From Solimonas sp. (lineage in GTDB: Bacteria; Pseudomonadota; Gammaproteobacteria; Nevskiales; Nevskiaceae): 64,000 nucleotides of DNA. Where the stretch lies: contig DATILC010000168.1 of assembly GCA_035476855.1 (NCBI GenBank), positions 4,644-68,643 of the forward strand, written 5' to 3'. Below the pieces are notes generated by a model. The model made no database searches and was not told where the DNA came from. It saw nothing but the letters and a program-made list of their open reading frames with translations. Positions within the stretch are counted from its first letter, which is position 1; every line of letters begins with the position of its first letter. Position numbers and translations under genes: made by a program. This document shows, in pieces, positions 34,438 through 44,155 of this stretch.

Positions 34438-35484
34438 ATGAACGTCTCCTCCGTCACCCATTCCAACAACACCACCGTGGTGACGCTGCGCAGTCCCTAC
34501 CTGCTGTTCCTCGGCGAGGCCGACATCGACCAGCGCGCCAAGACCGCCTTCGGCTTGCGCGACTGGGCGCCCGGACGCTGCCTCGGCCAACTGCGGCTGC
34601 CGGCCTGCAATGTCACGCTCGGCCTGCCCGACATGACGCCGGCGGAAGCCGCGGCCAAGGGCGGCGGCTCGCTGGTCGTCGGAGTTGCCCCCAAGGGCGG
34701 GCGCATCGCCGAAAACTGGATTCCGGTGCTGCGCGCAGCGGTTGATGCCGGCCTCGACGTCGTCAGCGGCATGCACGATTCGCTGTCCGACGTTCCCGGC
34801 CTTGCAGCGCTCGCGCAAGCCAGGGGCGTGCGCCTGGTCGACGTGCGCAACCCGCCCCCCGGCCTGCCCACCGGCACCGGCCGCAAGCGCAGCGGCAAGC
34901 GTCTGCTCACGGTCGGCACCGACTGTGCGCTTGGCAAGAAGTACACCGCGCTGGCCATCGCAAACGCGATGCGCGAGCGCGGCTTCAGCGCGGATTTCCG
35001 CGCCACCGGCCAGACCGGCATCATGATTTCCGGCTCCGGGCTGCCGATGGATGCGGTGGTTGCCGACTTCAGCGCGGGTGCTGCCGAGGTGCTCTCGCCG
35101 GACGCCGCAGCTGACCACTGGGACATCGTCGAAGGCCAGGGCTCGCTGTTCCATCCCGCCTACGGCGGCGTCACGCTGGGCCTGCTGCACGGCTCGCAGC
35201 CGGATGCCATCGTGCTTTGCCACGACCCCGCGATCACGCGTATCAAGTCCTTGCCGGACTTCCCCACGCCGAGCCTCGAGGTCGCGGCGCAGGCCTACCT
35301 GCAGGCCGGCGCGCTCACCAATCCCGGCATCCGGCTGGTAGGCGTGAGCCTGATCACCCAGAAAATGGACGAAGCCACCCGCCGGCGCACGCTCGCCGAT
35401 GCCGAGCAACGCCTCGGCGTGCCGGCCTTCGATCCGCTCAGGACGCCGCTGCAGCCCCTGATCGATCGCATGCTCGCGGCATGA
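34438..35484 (+). CDS. dgcN: DUF1611 protein, DgcN-like D-glutamate N-acetyltransferase (copy 1)
   Basis: TVGTDCALGKKYT, FRATGQTGIMI, EGQGSL, HGSQPD; ATGA-coupled to the epimerase gene. Confidence 0.8.
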   Translation: MNVSSVTHSNNTTVVTLRSPYLLFLGEADIDQRAKTAFGLRDWAPGRCLGQLRLPACNVTLGLPDMTPAEAAAKGGGSLVVGVAPKGGRIAENWIPVLRAAVDAGLDVVSGMHDSLSDVPGLAALAQARGVRLVDVRNPPPGLPTGTGRKRSGKRLLTVGTDCALGKKYTALAIANAMRERGFSADFRATGQTGIMISGSGLPMDAVVADFSAGAAEVLSPDAAADHWDIVEGQGSLFHPAYGGVTLGLLHGSQPDAIVLCHDPAITRIKSLPDFPTPSLEVAAQAYLQAGALTNPGIRLVGVSLITQKMDEATRRRTLADAEQRLGVPAFDPLRTPLQPLIDRMLAA

Positions 35485-36464
35485 AGGAGAAGCTCAAGAT
35501 ACGGCGGCGCAGCTGGCGGCTGAAGGAGCCCTTCGTCATCGCGCGCGGAACGCGCACGGTGGCAACCAGCGTCGCTGTCGAACTGCAGGCCGGCGGCCAT
35601 GTCGGGCGTGGCGAGGCAGCGGGTGTTGCCTATCGCGGCGAGACGCCGGAATCGATGACGGCGCAGATCGAACAGGTTCGCCGGGCCGTGGAGTCCGGGG
35701 TCACGCAACGCGAGTTGCTGCAGCTGCTTCCCCCCGGCGGTGCACGCAATGCGGTCGATGCCGCGCTCTGGGACCTGCAGGCGAAGCAGACCGGCGTGCG
35801 CGCCTGGACGCGCGCGGGCTTGCCGCACGGCGGCCCGGTACAGAGCGCGGTCACCATCGGCATCCGCAGTCCTGAGGCATTCGACACGGCGGCGCGCAGC
35901 CTGGCCGATCATCCCTGGCTCAAGATCAAGGTCGATCGCAACGATCCGGTCGCCGCCGTCGCCGCCGTGCGGCGCGGGGCGCCGCATGCTCGCCTGATCG
36001 TCGACGCCAACCAGTCCTGGAAGCTCGAGGATCTCGCGAGATTTGCTCCGGCCTTGCTGAAGTACAAGGTGGACCTGCTGGAGCAGCCGCTTGCAGCTGA
36101 TGGTGATGAGGAGCTGTCAAAGGGCTGCAGCCCGATTCCGCTCTGCGCCGACGAGTCGATCAACACCATCGAGGACCTGCCGCGTCTGGTCGGGCGCTAC
36201 GACTACATCAACATCAAGCTCGACAAGGCCGGCGGCCTCACCGCCGCGCTGGAACTCGCGGATGCCGCGCAGCGCTCGGGCTTGCGTCTGATGAGCGGCT
36301 GCATGATCGGGGCCTCGCTGGCGATGGCGCCGGCGATGTTGCTCGGACAACTCTGCGAGATCAATGATCTCGATGGCGCCTTCCTGCTCGCCGAGGACTG
36401 GCCGGACGGCATCGTCTACGAGCGCGGCAACATGCTGCCGCCATGGCCGGCGTTCTGGGGCTGA
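35481..36464 (+). CDS. dgcA: Enolase-superfamily dipeptide epimerase / DgcA-like racemase (copy 1)
   Basis: KIK, DANQ, EQP, DES, NIKLDKAGG, DLDG motifs. Confidence 0.8.
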   Translation: MKEKLKIRRRSWRLKEPFVIARGTRTVATSVAVELQAGGHVGRGEAAGVAYRGETPESMTAQIEQVRRAVESGVTQRELLQLLPPGGARNAVDAALWDLQAKQTGVRAWTRAGLPHGGPVQSAVTIGIRSPEAFDTAARSLADHPWLKIKVDRNDPVAAVAAVRRGAPHARLIVDANQSWKLEDLARFAPALLKYKVDLLEQPLAADGDEELSKGCSPIPLCADESINTIEDLPRLVGRYDYINIKLDKAGGLTAALELADAAQRSGLRLMSGCMIGASLAMAPAMLLGQLCEINDLDGAFLLAEDWPDGIVYERGNMLPPWPAFWG

Positions 36465-36641
36465 TCCGGATGTTCGTCAAAGCGGCCCGGCCACCGGGAT
36501 CTGACTCAAGTAATCTGCGCCTTTACGGCTATCCGCCACGGCGCGGTTCAGGTGATATCACCGACTCAATTCATCCGGGCATCCATGAATAATCAGGTGA
36601 CCGAACTGCAACGCGCAGTCCATATCCCCGAGGGGCTGTTC

Positions 36642-39137
36642 ATGATCAAACTCTGCTCTCGATGCCTCTGGGTCCTGCTCTGGTTGACGTCGCTGGAGCT
36701 CCGGGCCCAGTCCGAGCAGCCACCGCCGGTTGCTGAGGCTGCGCCAGTCGCCGAACCTGCCGGCACGACAGCTGAGGATGAAGACACGCTGCAGTCGCTG
36801 CTGGACGACTTCGACAGCACGCCGCAGGAGGAGGGCGCAGCGCCGGAACCCGCGGATGCTGCCGGCGATACGCCTGCCGAGGCGCCGGTGCAGCAGGACG
36901 TTGCCGCTCCGGCCGCTGCCGAAGAACTTCCCGTCATCCGGCTGCAGGAGAAGCAGGCAGCTGCCCCCGTCCTCAAGGAAGCCGCACCCAGATCGCCCCA
37001 GCTCGAGGAAATCGTGGTGACCGCCACCAAGCGTTCCCAGGTCGCGCGCGACATTCCCAGCAGCATGTCGGTGCAGAGCGGCGAAAAGCTGGAGCAGCTC
37101 GGCATCCGCAAGGTCAAGGACATCTTCACGCTGATCCCCGGCGTCAACCTGCAGGACGAGATCGCCGGCCAGCAGCGCAAGATCTCGGTGCGCGGCGTGG
37201 GGCCGGACACCGGCACCAACCAGACGGTCGGCACGGTGCTGGGCGATGTGCCGATCTCCGATCCCTATGGCGCCACCACCATCGTCGATCCCAACCCCTG
37301 GGACATGCGCACGGTCGAGGTACTCAAGGGACCGCAGGGCTCGCTGTTCGGCGCCACCTCGCTGGCGGGACTGATCCGCTACGTCCCCAACGCGCCCGAG
37401 CTGGAGGTCTGGAAGGGCAAGGCCTTCTACGACTACACCACGGTGGATCGCGGCGGCTCGGCGCCTGCCTTCGGCGGCGCGCTCAATGTGCCGGTGGGCG
37501 ACAGCGTCGCCTTGCGGCTCGCCGGCATCTACCAGAACTCGCCGGGGGTGATCGACAGCGACAACCCCTCGCGCCGGGAAGAGGATGTCGACTCGGCCCA
37601 CAGCTGGAGCGGTCGCGCGATGGCGCTATGGCAGCCAAGCGAAGAGCTCAGCATCAACGCCATGTATTTGAAGGATCGTCGTGTTTCGGACGACATCAAC
37701 ATCGTCACCTTCCCGGAGCCCAGCTATTCGCGCGAGGACGCGCCGCAGGCCTCGCCCTCGGCCAACGGCTTCACCCTGGCCACGCTGGACATCCGCTACG
37801 CCTTCGACTGGGCCACGCTGGCCTCGATCAGCGGCTATCAGGAGAAGAACAGCTACAACGACATCGATACCAGCTATCTGGCGCAACCGATTGCGCAGGC
37901 CGGGGTGAGCTTCCTGCATGCCCAGCGCCAGGTGGATACGCATGGCCTGATGCAGGAGCTGCGGCTGACCTCGCCGGACGACGGCGACCTGACCTGGCTC
38001 GGCGGCGTCTACTTCAGCAGCTTCAGCCAGGCCATCGTGTCGGACCTGTACCTGGAGGGCACCAGCATCCTGGGGCCGCTCGCAGCGCTGCTGCCTCCGC
38101 CGCTGAGCGGGCTCATCTCGGAGAACGGCGTCTCCCTTGCCCGCGCCGGCTACGATCCGCTGGAGGCCAATGAGCTGGCGATCTATGGCGAGGCGAACTA
38201 TGACTTCAGCGACAGCTTGCGCCTGACGCTGGGCAGCCGCCTGTACAAGACGACCGTGGAAGGCACCTTCAAGTCCAGCGGCGCTTCCAGTGGCAACAAC
38301 GGCAAGAACACGGGCACGACCGAAAAGGGCTGGAGCCCCAAGATCGCGATCACCTGGCGCCCCTGGGACGACATCATGTTCTACGGCAACATCTCGCGCG
38401 GCTTCCAGTTCGGCGGCTTCAACCTGCCGACCATTTCGACCGGACAGACCCCGCTGACCTTCGAGTCCAGCAGCCTGTGGAACTATGAAATCGGCGCGCG
38501 CACCGACTGGTTCGATCGCACGCTGCGTCTCGACATCACCGCCTTCTTCCTGGACTGGACCAATCCGCAGGTCAGGCAGGTGGGCCCGGGCGGCCTGAGC
38601 GCCTACGTCGACAACGTCGGCGCCACGCACAACATCGGCGTGGAGGGAACCCTCAGCTGGGCCACGCCGATCGAAGGCCTGATCATCGAACAGACCGGCT
38701 CCTACATCGAGGCGCGCACCAGCGAGCCGTTCCAGGATGTCTCAGGCGAGGAAATCCCCGAAGGCACCCTGATGCCCAGCGCGCCGCGGGTGCAGGCGGT
38801 GACCACGCTCAGCTACAGCCGCCCCTTCGGCCCTTGGCTGACCCAGGCCTCGCTGATCAATTCCTTCCAGGACACGGCGTTCACCAGCATCGACCACAGC
38901 ACCGAGGTCGGCGGCTACAACCTGCTCGGCTTCACCTTCAACCTCACACGCAACGACCTGAGCTGGACTCCGTCGATCACCCTGTCGGTCAACAACATCA
39001 TGAACGAGCAAAAGCTGGCAGCCGGATTCGGCCCCGCGGGCGGCGACGTGGGCCCGCTGGGCCGCATCGTCGCCGATTCCTCCTACGTCTATACCCAGCC
39101 TCGCTCCATCATCCTGCGCGGCGCCATCGAGTTCTGA
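36642..39137 (+). CDS. TonB-dependent receptor 1
   Basis: Signal peptide, EEIVVTATKR TonB box, VEVLKGPQGSLFG plug motif, C-terminal Phe. Confidence 0.93.
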   Translation: MIKLCSRCLWVLLWLTSLELRAQSEQPPPVAEAAPVAEPAGTTAEDEDTLQSLLDDFDSTPQEEGAAPEPADAAGDTPAEAPVQQDVAAPAAAEELPVIRLQEKQAAAPVLKEAAPRSPQLEEIVVTATKRSQVARDIPSSMSVQSGEKLEQLGIRKVKDIFTLIPGVNLQDEIAGQQRKISVRGVGPDTGTNQTVGTVLGDVPISDPYGATTIVDPNPWDMRTVEVLKGPQGSLFGATSLAGLIRYVPNAPELEVWKGKAFYDYTTVDRGGSAPAFGGALNVPVGDSVALRLAGIYQNSPGVIDSDNPSRREEDVDSAHSWSGRAMALWQPSEELSINAMYLKDRRVSDDINIVTFPEPSYSREDAPQASPSANGFTLATLDIRYAFDWATLASISGYQEKNSYNDIDTSYLAQPIAQAGVSFLHAQRQVDTHGLMQELRLTSPDDGDLTWLGGVYFSSFSQAIVSDLYLEGTSILGPLAALLPPPLSGLISENGVSLARAGYDPLEANELAIYGEANYDFSDSLRLTLGSRLYKTTVEGTFKSSGASSGNNGKNTGTTEKGWSPKIAITWRPWDDIMFYGNISRGFQFGGFNLPTISTGQTPLTFESSSLWNYEIGARTDWFDRTLRLDITAFFLDWTNPQVRQVGPGGLSAYVDNVGATHNIGVEGTLSWATPIEGLIIEQTGSYIEARTSEPFQDVSGEEIPEGTLMPSAPRVQAVTTLSYSRPFGPWLTQASLINSFQDTAFTSIDHSTEVGGYNLLGFTFNLTRNDLSWTPSITLSVNNIMNEQKLAAGFGPAGGDVGPLGRIVADSSYVYTQPRSIILRGAIEF

Positions 39138-39139
39138 GC

Positions 39140-40036
39140 ATGGACAACACCCACGAAGCGCCGATGATCGAAGATCGTCACCTCACGGTGGACAAGCACC
39201 TGCTGCACATCCACAGCGGCGGCGTGACCAGCAAGCTTCCGACCATCGTCCTGGAAGCGGGATGCGGCTGCACCCTGCAAACCTGGCATACGATCGAACA
39301 GGCGCTGGGTGCGCAGACGCGCGTTCTCGCTTACGAGCGCGCCGGTGTCGGCAGCAGCGACTGCAAGGTCGACAGCACGAGCGCCGCAGCTGTCGCGCAG
39401 CGCCTGGCGTCGCTGCTGCAGGCCACGCAGACCCCCACGCCGGTGATCCTGGTCGGCCATTCCCTCGGCGGACTGTATTCCCGCTACTTCGCCGCGACCC
39501 GGCCGGAGCAGGTTGCCGGCCTGGTACTGCTCGACGCCTCGCCGGAAGACCTGCCCACCCCCCGCAGCTACTCCTGGAAACCCCGGATCCTGATGTGGCT
39601 GCTGCACGGCCTCGCGAGACTGCGCGTGATCCAGCCACTGGCCGCTCTCCTGAGCAAGCCGGGCACCGATCTCGCAGCACTGAAGCACCATCTGAACACC
39701 ATAGGCCGGTTCCGGCATGTGAAGACTGCCTTGATGGAGATCGGTGCGAAGGCGGACATCCAGGCTGAAGTCGCCAGGCTCTCACTGGCAGCACAGTTGC
39801 CGGTCCTCGCCGTGAGCGCCGGAGCCATGCCACCCGGCGCGCCCCAGGAGCAACACGACGCGGTTCAACGCAGCCATGACAAGCTGGCCGCTGCCGGGGC
39901 GCCGCCCTACAGCCGCCACTTCCGCGTCGAAGGCGCCACCCACATGTCGCTGCTGACGGATCCGCAGTACGCCGCGGTGGTGGCGAAGCAGGTGCTGGAT
40001 TTCGCAAGGCAGATCCAGCAAAAGACTGGCGCCTGA
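39140..40036 (+). CDS. Alpha/beta hydrolase 1
   Basis: YERAGVGSS, GHSLGG nucleophile elbow, C-terminal His (ATHMSL). Confidence 0.88.
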   Translation: MDNTHEAPMIEDRHLTVDKHLLHIHSGGVTSKLPTIVLEAGCGCTLQTWHTIEQALGAQTRVLAYERAGVGSSDCKVDSTSAAAVAQRLASLLQATQTPTPVILVGHSLGGLYSRYFAATRPEQVAGLVLLDASPEDLPTPRSYSWKPRILMWLLHGLARLRVIQPLAALLSKPGTDLAALKHHLNTIGRFRHVKTALMEIGAKADIQAEVARLSLAAQLPVLAVSAGAMPPGAPQEQHDAVQRSHDKLAAAGAPPYSRHFRVEGATHMSLLTDPQYAAVVAKQVLDFARQIQQKTGA

Positions 40037-40092
40037 GGCGCAAGTCGACCGGGATCGTTACGGGACTTTCGGCTTCGGGCCCGAGGCCGTGA

Positions 40093-41223
40093 TCAGCTCA
40101 GCGCCCGGACCAGTTCGGTTCGGGAGCTGATGTCGAGCTTGCGGTAGATCGAGTTCAGCTGGAACTCGATGGTGCGGCGCGAGCGTGACAAATGCTCGGC
40201 GATCATGTGGTTGCGCAGTCCCTTGGCGACCAGCAATGCCACGCGCCGCTCGGTCGGCGTCAGACGCTGGAGCGCAAGCAGGGCTGCCTGGGAGGCCTCA
40301 GGCGATGCCTCACCGCCCACCGGCTCGTCGAGGAAGGTCACCACGTAGCTCGGACTCATCTGCAGCCCCGAGAACTGCCAGTTGCGGTCGATCTTCACCG
40401 AAAGCCTTGGGAGCGAAGGATGCGGACACCGTACCGAAGCAGGCTGACCTTCATTGGCGACAGGCTTGCCGGCGGACGCGCGCTCAGCGCACTCGAACAT
40501 CTCGCCCACCGCCTCGGGCAGGCGGAAGCAGGCATCCGAACCCACCGAGCTGCGCAGGCCGCGATTCCATCGCCCGCACTGCTTCTCCGCCTCGTTGTTC
40601 GCAAACAGCGATTCGCCGGCCGCATTCACGAACATCACGGTCAACGGCACCTGCCGCAGGAAGTGCTCGTAGCTCAAACGCCGGCTGCGCTCGCCTTCCA
40701 CCGCACGCAGGCGGCGCAGCGCAGCCTCGATCATGGGATGCAACTGCTCAAGGAACGCATGTTCCTCGGCGGTGACATGCGACTGATCCGGGGGACGGCG
40801 AATGCTGAGCACCGCCTCGGGAAGCGAATCGTGCCAGAACGCCAGGTGGATGAACTCGTTCCATTCCGGATCGGGTTCCTGGTCAAGACGCCGGCGGTGC
40901 GCATCCGGATCTTCGGACACGATCTGGGAATAGGTGTACAGCTTGATCTGCGGATGTCGCGCCAGATACGGGCCCGAAATAGTCAGGCTGGTGGCCGGGA
41001 CGTAGTCTGGATTTCGCGGCAGCACCACATGGTGGCGTGCATCCGTCGGTTCGTAGTTGACGATGTTGAACATCAGGCTGCACGAGCGGTGCGGCAGCTT
41101 GCTTTCAATCAGCTTCAGGCAAGCCTTCCAGGTGCTCTCGAGATCGAGCGAACTCTGCAAGTCCACCACCAGGGCCCGGCAGGGGTCGGCAGGGGCTCCA
41201 CGCTGTGGAATCAAGGCGCTCAT
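40093..41223 (-). CDS. LuxR-family regulator 1 with unassigned N-terminal sensor domain
   Basis: C-terminal HTH LTPTERRVALLVAKGLRNHMIAEHLSRSRRTIEFQLNSIYRKL. Confidence 0.88.
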   Translation of the reverse strand: MSALIPQRGAPADPCRALVVDLQSSLDLESTWKACLKLIESKLPHRSCSLMFNIVNYEPTDARHHVVLPRNPDYVPATSLTISGPYLARHPQIKLYTYSQIVSEDPDAHRRRLDQEPDPEWNEFIHLAFWHDSLPEAVLSIRRPPDQSHVTAEEHAFLEQLHPMIEAALRRLRAVEGERSRRLSYEHFLRQVPLTVMFVNAAGESLFANNEAEKQCGRWNRGLRSSVGSDACFRLPEAVGEMFECAERASAGKPVANEGQPASVRCPHPSLPRLSVKIDRNWQFSGLQMSPSYVVTFLDEPVGGEASPEASQAALLALQRLTPTERRVALLVAKGLRNHMIAEHLSRSRRTIEFQLNSIYRKLDISSRTELVRALS

Positions 41224-41347
41224 TTGATCTCAGGATAGCAATCCCCCGACCCTCGGGCCATCAGGTGAAAACACCTGTTTTCCACTCCCTCAACTCAGCT
41301 GGACAGCGCCACCCGCAGCGATCGGCCCTGCCCCGCATCAGGGCCCT

Positions 41348-42826
41348 TCAGCCCGGCGCCAGGCGCTCAGCCAGCGCGTCGATCAGGCGCACGCCGTAGC
41401 CCGTCGACCCCTTCGGGATGCCGATGATCGGCCGGCTCACCATGGCCACGCCGGCCATGTCCAGATGCGCCCAGGGCGTGCCGACCGCGAACCGCTCCAG
41501 GAACTTGGCGCCGGCGATCGCGGAGCCCGTGCCCGCGCCCCGCAGGCCGGGGTGCCCGGTATTGCGAACATCCGCGATGTCGGACTCGACGATGTAGTCG
41601 TGTCGCTTGGTCAGCGGCATGCGCCACAGCCCCTCCCCGCTGGCCGCGCTGGCGGCCTGCAGGTCGGCAGCCAGGGACTCGTCCGCCGTGAACAGGCCGG
41701 CATACTCCTCGATCAGGGCCGTGAGGATCGCGCCGGTGAGCGTGGCGAGGTCGACCAGCTTCTGCGGCCGGTACTCGCGGATCAGGTAGCTGATGGCATC
41801 GGCAAGGACCACGCGACCCTCGGCATCGGTGTTGTCGACCTCGATGGTGAGGCCGGACAGCGAGGTGATGACATCGCCGGGGCGATAGCCCTTGCCGTCG
41901 ATGACGTTCTCGCACAGCGGAATCACGGCCACGACATTGAGCGGCGCCTTGCGCTGCGCCAGCACGCGCATCGCGCCGACCACCGCGGCGGCACCGGCCA
42001 TGTCGAGCTTCATGTTGGCAATGTGCGCCGTGCTCTTCAGGTTGAGGCCACCGCCATCGAAGGTCAGGCCCTTGCCGACCAGGCCCAGGTCGACATCCTT
42101 CGCGCGCCGGCCGTTCCACTGGCAGACCAGCATGCAGGGCGGATGCTCGCTGCTGCGGCCGACGGCCAGCAGGCCGTTGGCGCCAAGCTTCTCCAGCGCC
42201 TTCTGGTCGAGCACCCGCAAGCTCACGCCGGATGTCACCAGCTCCTTGGCGGCATCGGCAAAGGCCTGCGGCGTCATCAGGTTGGGCGGAGCATCGACCA
42301 GCGCGCGGGCCCAGTTCACCGCATCGCCGAGCTGGCGCGCTCGCTCCGTGCCTTTCCAATGCTGCACGGGAAGCTGCAGTGCCTTGACCTCGAAGTGTCC
42401 CTTGGGCGGCTGCGAGCGGAAGGCCGTGCAGCGATAGGAAGCCAGCGTCGCGCCCAGCGCGATCTGGTTGCTGGCGGTCTGCACATCGATGCCCTGCGGC
42501 AGTGGTGCGGCGGCCAGGGCTGCGCTGTCGATGCGCAGCGCGCGCAGCGCATCGATGGCAGCGGCACCGGCGGATTCCCAGAAACGGGCTTCCTGATCGT
42601 GATCCGTGGGCTTGCCACAGCCCACCACGACGATGCGTCGCGTGCCTTCCGTGATGTCGGCCCGATCGCCGACGACACCGCGGAAGCTAGCCGGAAGCTT
42701 CGGCAGCTTCAGGTCGGCATGCAGCGGCGCGAGATCACCGCTGACCAGCAGCACTTCAACCGCGGCGGCCTTCTTGGCGCGCGGTGCCAGCGGACCGGCC
42801 TTGGCATCGCTCAGGATTTTCGACAT
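41348..42826 (-). CDS. Leucyl aminopeptidase (M17)
   Basis: GKGLTFDGGG, KLDMAGAA, NTDAEGR metal/catalytic motifs, WAHLDMAG. Confidence 0.93.
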   Translation of the reverse strand: MSKILSDAKAGPLAPRAKKAAAVEVLLVSGDLAPLHADLKLPKLPASFRGVVGDRADITEGTRRIVVVGCGKPTDHDQEARFWESAGAAAIDALRALRIDSAALAAAPLPQGIDVQTASNQIALGATLASYRCTAFRSQPPKGHFEVKALQLPVQHWKGTERARQLGDAVNWARALVDAPPNLMTPQAFADAAKELVTSGVSLRVLDQKALEKLGANGLLAVGRSSEHPPCMLVCQWNGRRAKDVDLGLVGKGLTFDGGGLNLKSTAHIANMKLDMAGAAAVVGAMRVLAQRKAPLNVVAVIPLCENVIDGKGYRPGDVITSLSGLTIEVDNTDAEGRVVLADAISYLIREYRPQKLVDLATLTGAILTALIEEYAGLFTADESLAADLQAASAASGEGLWRMPLTKRHDYIVESDIADVRNTGHPGLRGAGTGSAIAGAKFLERFAVGTPWAHLDMAGVAMVSRPIIGIPKGSTGYGVRLIDALAERLAPG

Positions 42827-42903
42827 GACGGATTCTCTCGGGATGGATGATGGCGTTCCTGCCAGCAGCATGACCCCGGCCCGATCGGCCGTCATCGGTA
42901 GTT

Positions 42904-44046
42904 TTACGGGCTCGCGTGCAAACGCGCGGGAGACAGTGCCACCGCCTCCAGCCCGTAGTCGGCCAGGTCGGACGGAACCGGCCGGCCCAGCAACCGGGCG
43001 GCGGCGAAGCGCGACAGCGCCGGTGCCGTCTGGATGCCGTAGCCACCCTGCCCGGCCAGCCAGAAGAACCCAGGCGCGTCCGGCGCATGACCCGCGACCG
43101 GCGTGCGGTCGGCGACGAAGCTGCGCAGGCCGGCCCAGCGACTGTGCATGCGGCGGATGTCGAGCGTGGTGGCACGCTCGATATGGTCCACGGCGATCGC
43201 CAGGTCCATCTCCTCGGGCTGCGCGTCGCAGGGCTCGCTGGGCGTCTCGTCACCCGGCGAGAGCATCAGGCGCCCGGCATCGGGCTTGAAGTAGAACTGC
43301 TCGTCGATGTCGATCGTCAGCGGCCAGTGCTCCAGGCCCGCATAGCCCGGCACGTCGACCAGCGCGGCGGTGCGGCGCAGCGGCTGCAGCCCGATGCCGG
43401 CGACACCGGCGAGATCACCGACGCGATCGGCCCAGGCACCTGCGGCGTTGACCAGCAGCGGCGCCTCGAACACGCCGGCCGCGCTGTGCACACGCCAGCC
43501 CGCGCCATTGCGCTCGATGCGCTCGACCCGCGCCTGGCACTGCAGGCGGCCGCCATTGCGGCGCAGCTGCGCCAGGTATCCCTGGTGCAGCGCATGCACC
43601 TCGATATCGCAGGCACCATGATCCAGCAGCGCGGCCGCTACATACTCGCGCCGCAGCAGCGGCACGCGCGCGCAGGTCTCATCCGGCGTCAGGCGCCGGC
43701 TGGTCGCATGCAGGTCCGGTTCGTCGGCAAGGGCCTCGAGGTTGTCGCGCTGGTCCTCGCGCGCGACGAACAGGAAGCCGCGCGGCCGCAGCAGCGGCGT
43801 ATCGCAGAAACCCGGCGGCGGCTGGTCGAAGAAGGGACGGCTGGCACGCGACAGGATGCGCACCACCGGGCCGCCATAGGTCTCCGCGAACACCGCGGCG
43901 GAGCGGCCGGTGGTGTGATAACCGGGCTGCGACTCCTGCTCCAGCAGGAGCACGCGCAGGCCGGCGCCGAGCTCGGCGGCGATGCCGGCGCCGGCGATGC
44001 CGGCACCGATGACGATGACGTCGAATGAGGGTGTCTGGTCTGACAT
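42904..44046 (-). CDS. FAD-dependent D-amino-acid dehydrogenase, DauA-like
   Basis: GAGIAG, QPGYHTTGRSAA, WAGLRSFVADR, GQGGYGIQTAPA resemble Pseudomonas D-arginine dehydrogenase. Confidence 0.8.
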   Translation of the reverse strand: MSDQTPSFDVIVIGAGIAGAGIAAELGAGLRVLLLEQESQPGYHTTGRSAAVFAETYGGPVVRILSRASRPFFDQPPPGFCDTPLLRPRGFLFVAREDQRDNLEALADEPDLHATSRRLTPDETCARVPLLRREYVAAALLDHGACDIEVHALHQGYLAQLRRNGGRLQCQARVERIERNGAGWRVHSAAGVFEAPLLVNAAGAWADRVGDLAGVAGIGLQPLRRTAALVDVPGYAGLEHWPLTIDIDEQFYFKPDAGRLMLSPGDETPSEPCDAQPEEMDLAIAVDHIERATTLDIRRMHSRWAGLRSFVADRTPVAGHAPDAPGFFWLAGQGGYGIQTAPALSRFAAARLLGRPVPSDLADYGLEAVALSPARLHASP

Positions 44047-44155
44047 GCACGGATGCTAGGGCAGCCCCGGACCAGGCCACATCGGTGGTTTTACCAGTTC
44101 GCTGCGGCTCGTACACAACGGATAGTGTTTCTCCGGTGAGCCCGTACTATTACCT

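Noticed and set aside
34250-36589. 14-bp direct repeat CGGGCATCCATGAA at 34250 and 36576, and partial GATAGCCG / GTATTTCC motifs near 36524, 48557 and 53434, as shared LuxR operators
   Set aside because: Not palindromic, inconsistent orientation, and matches of this length can occur by chance in 64 kb; needs motif statistics
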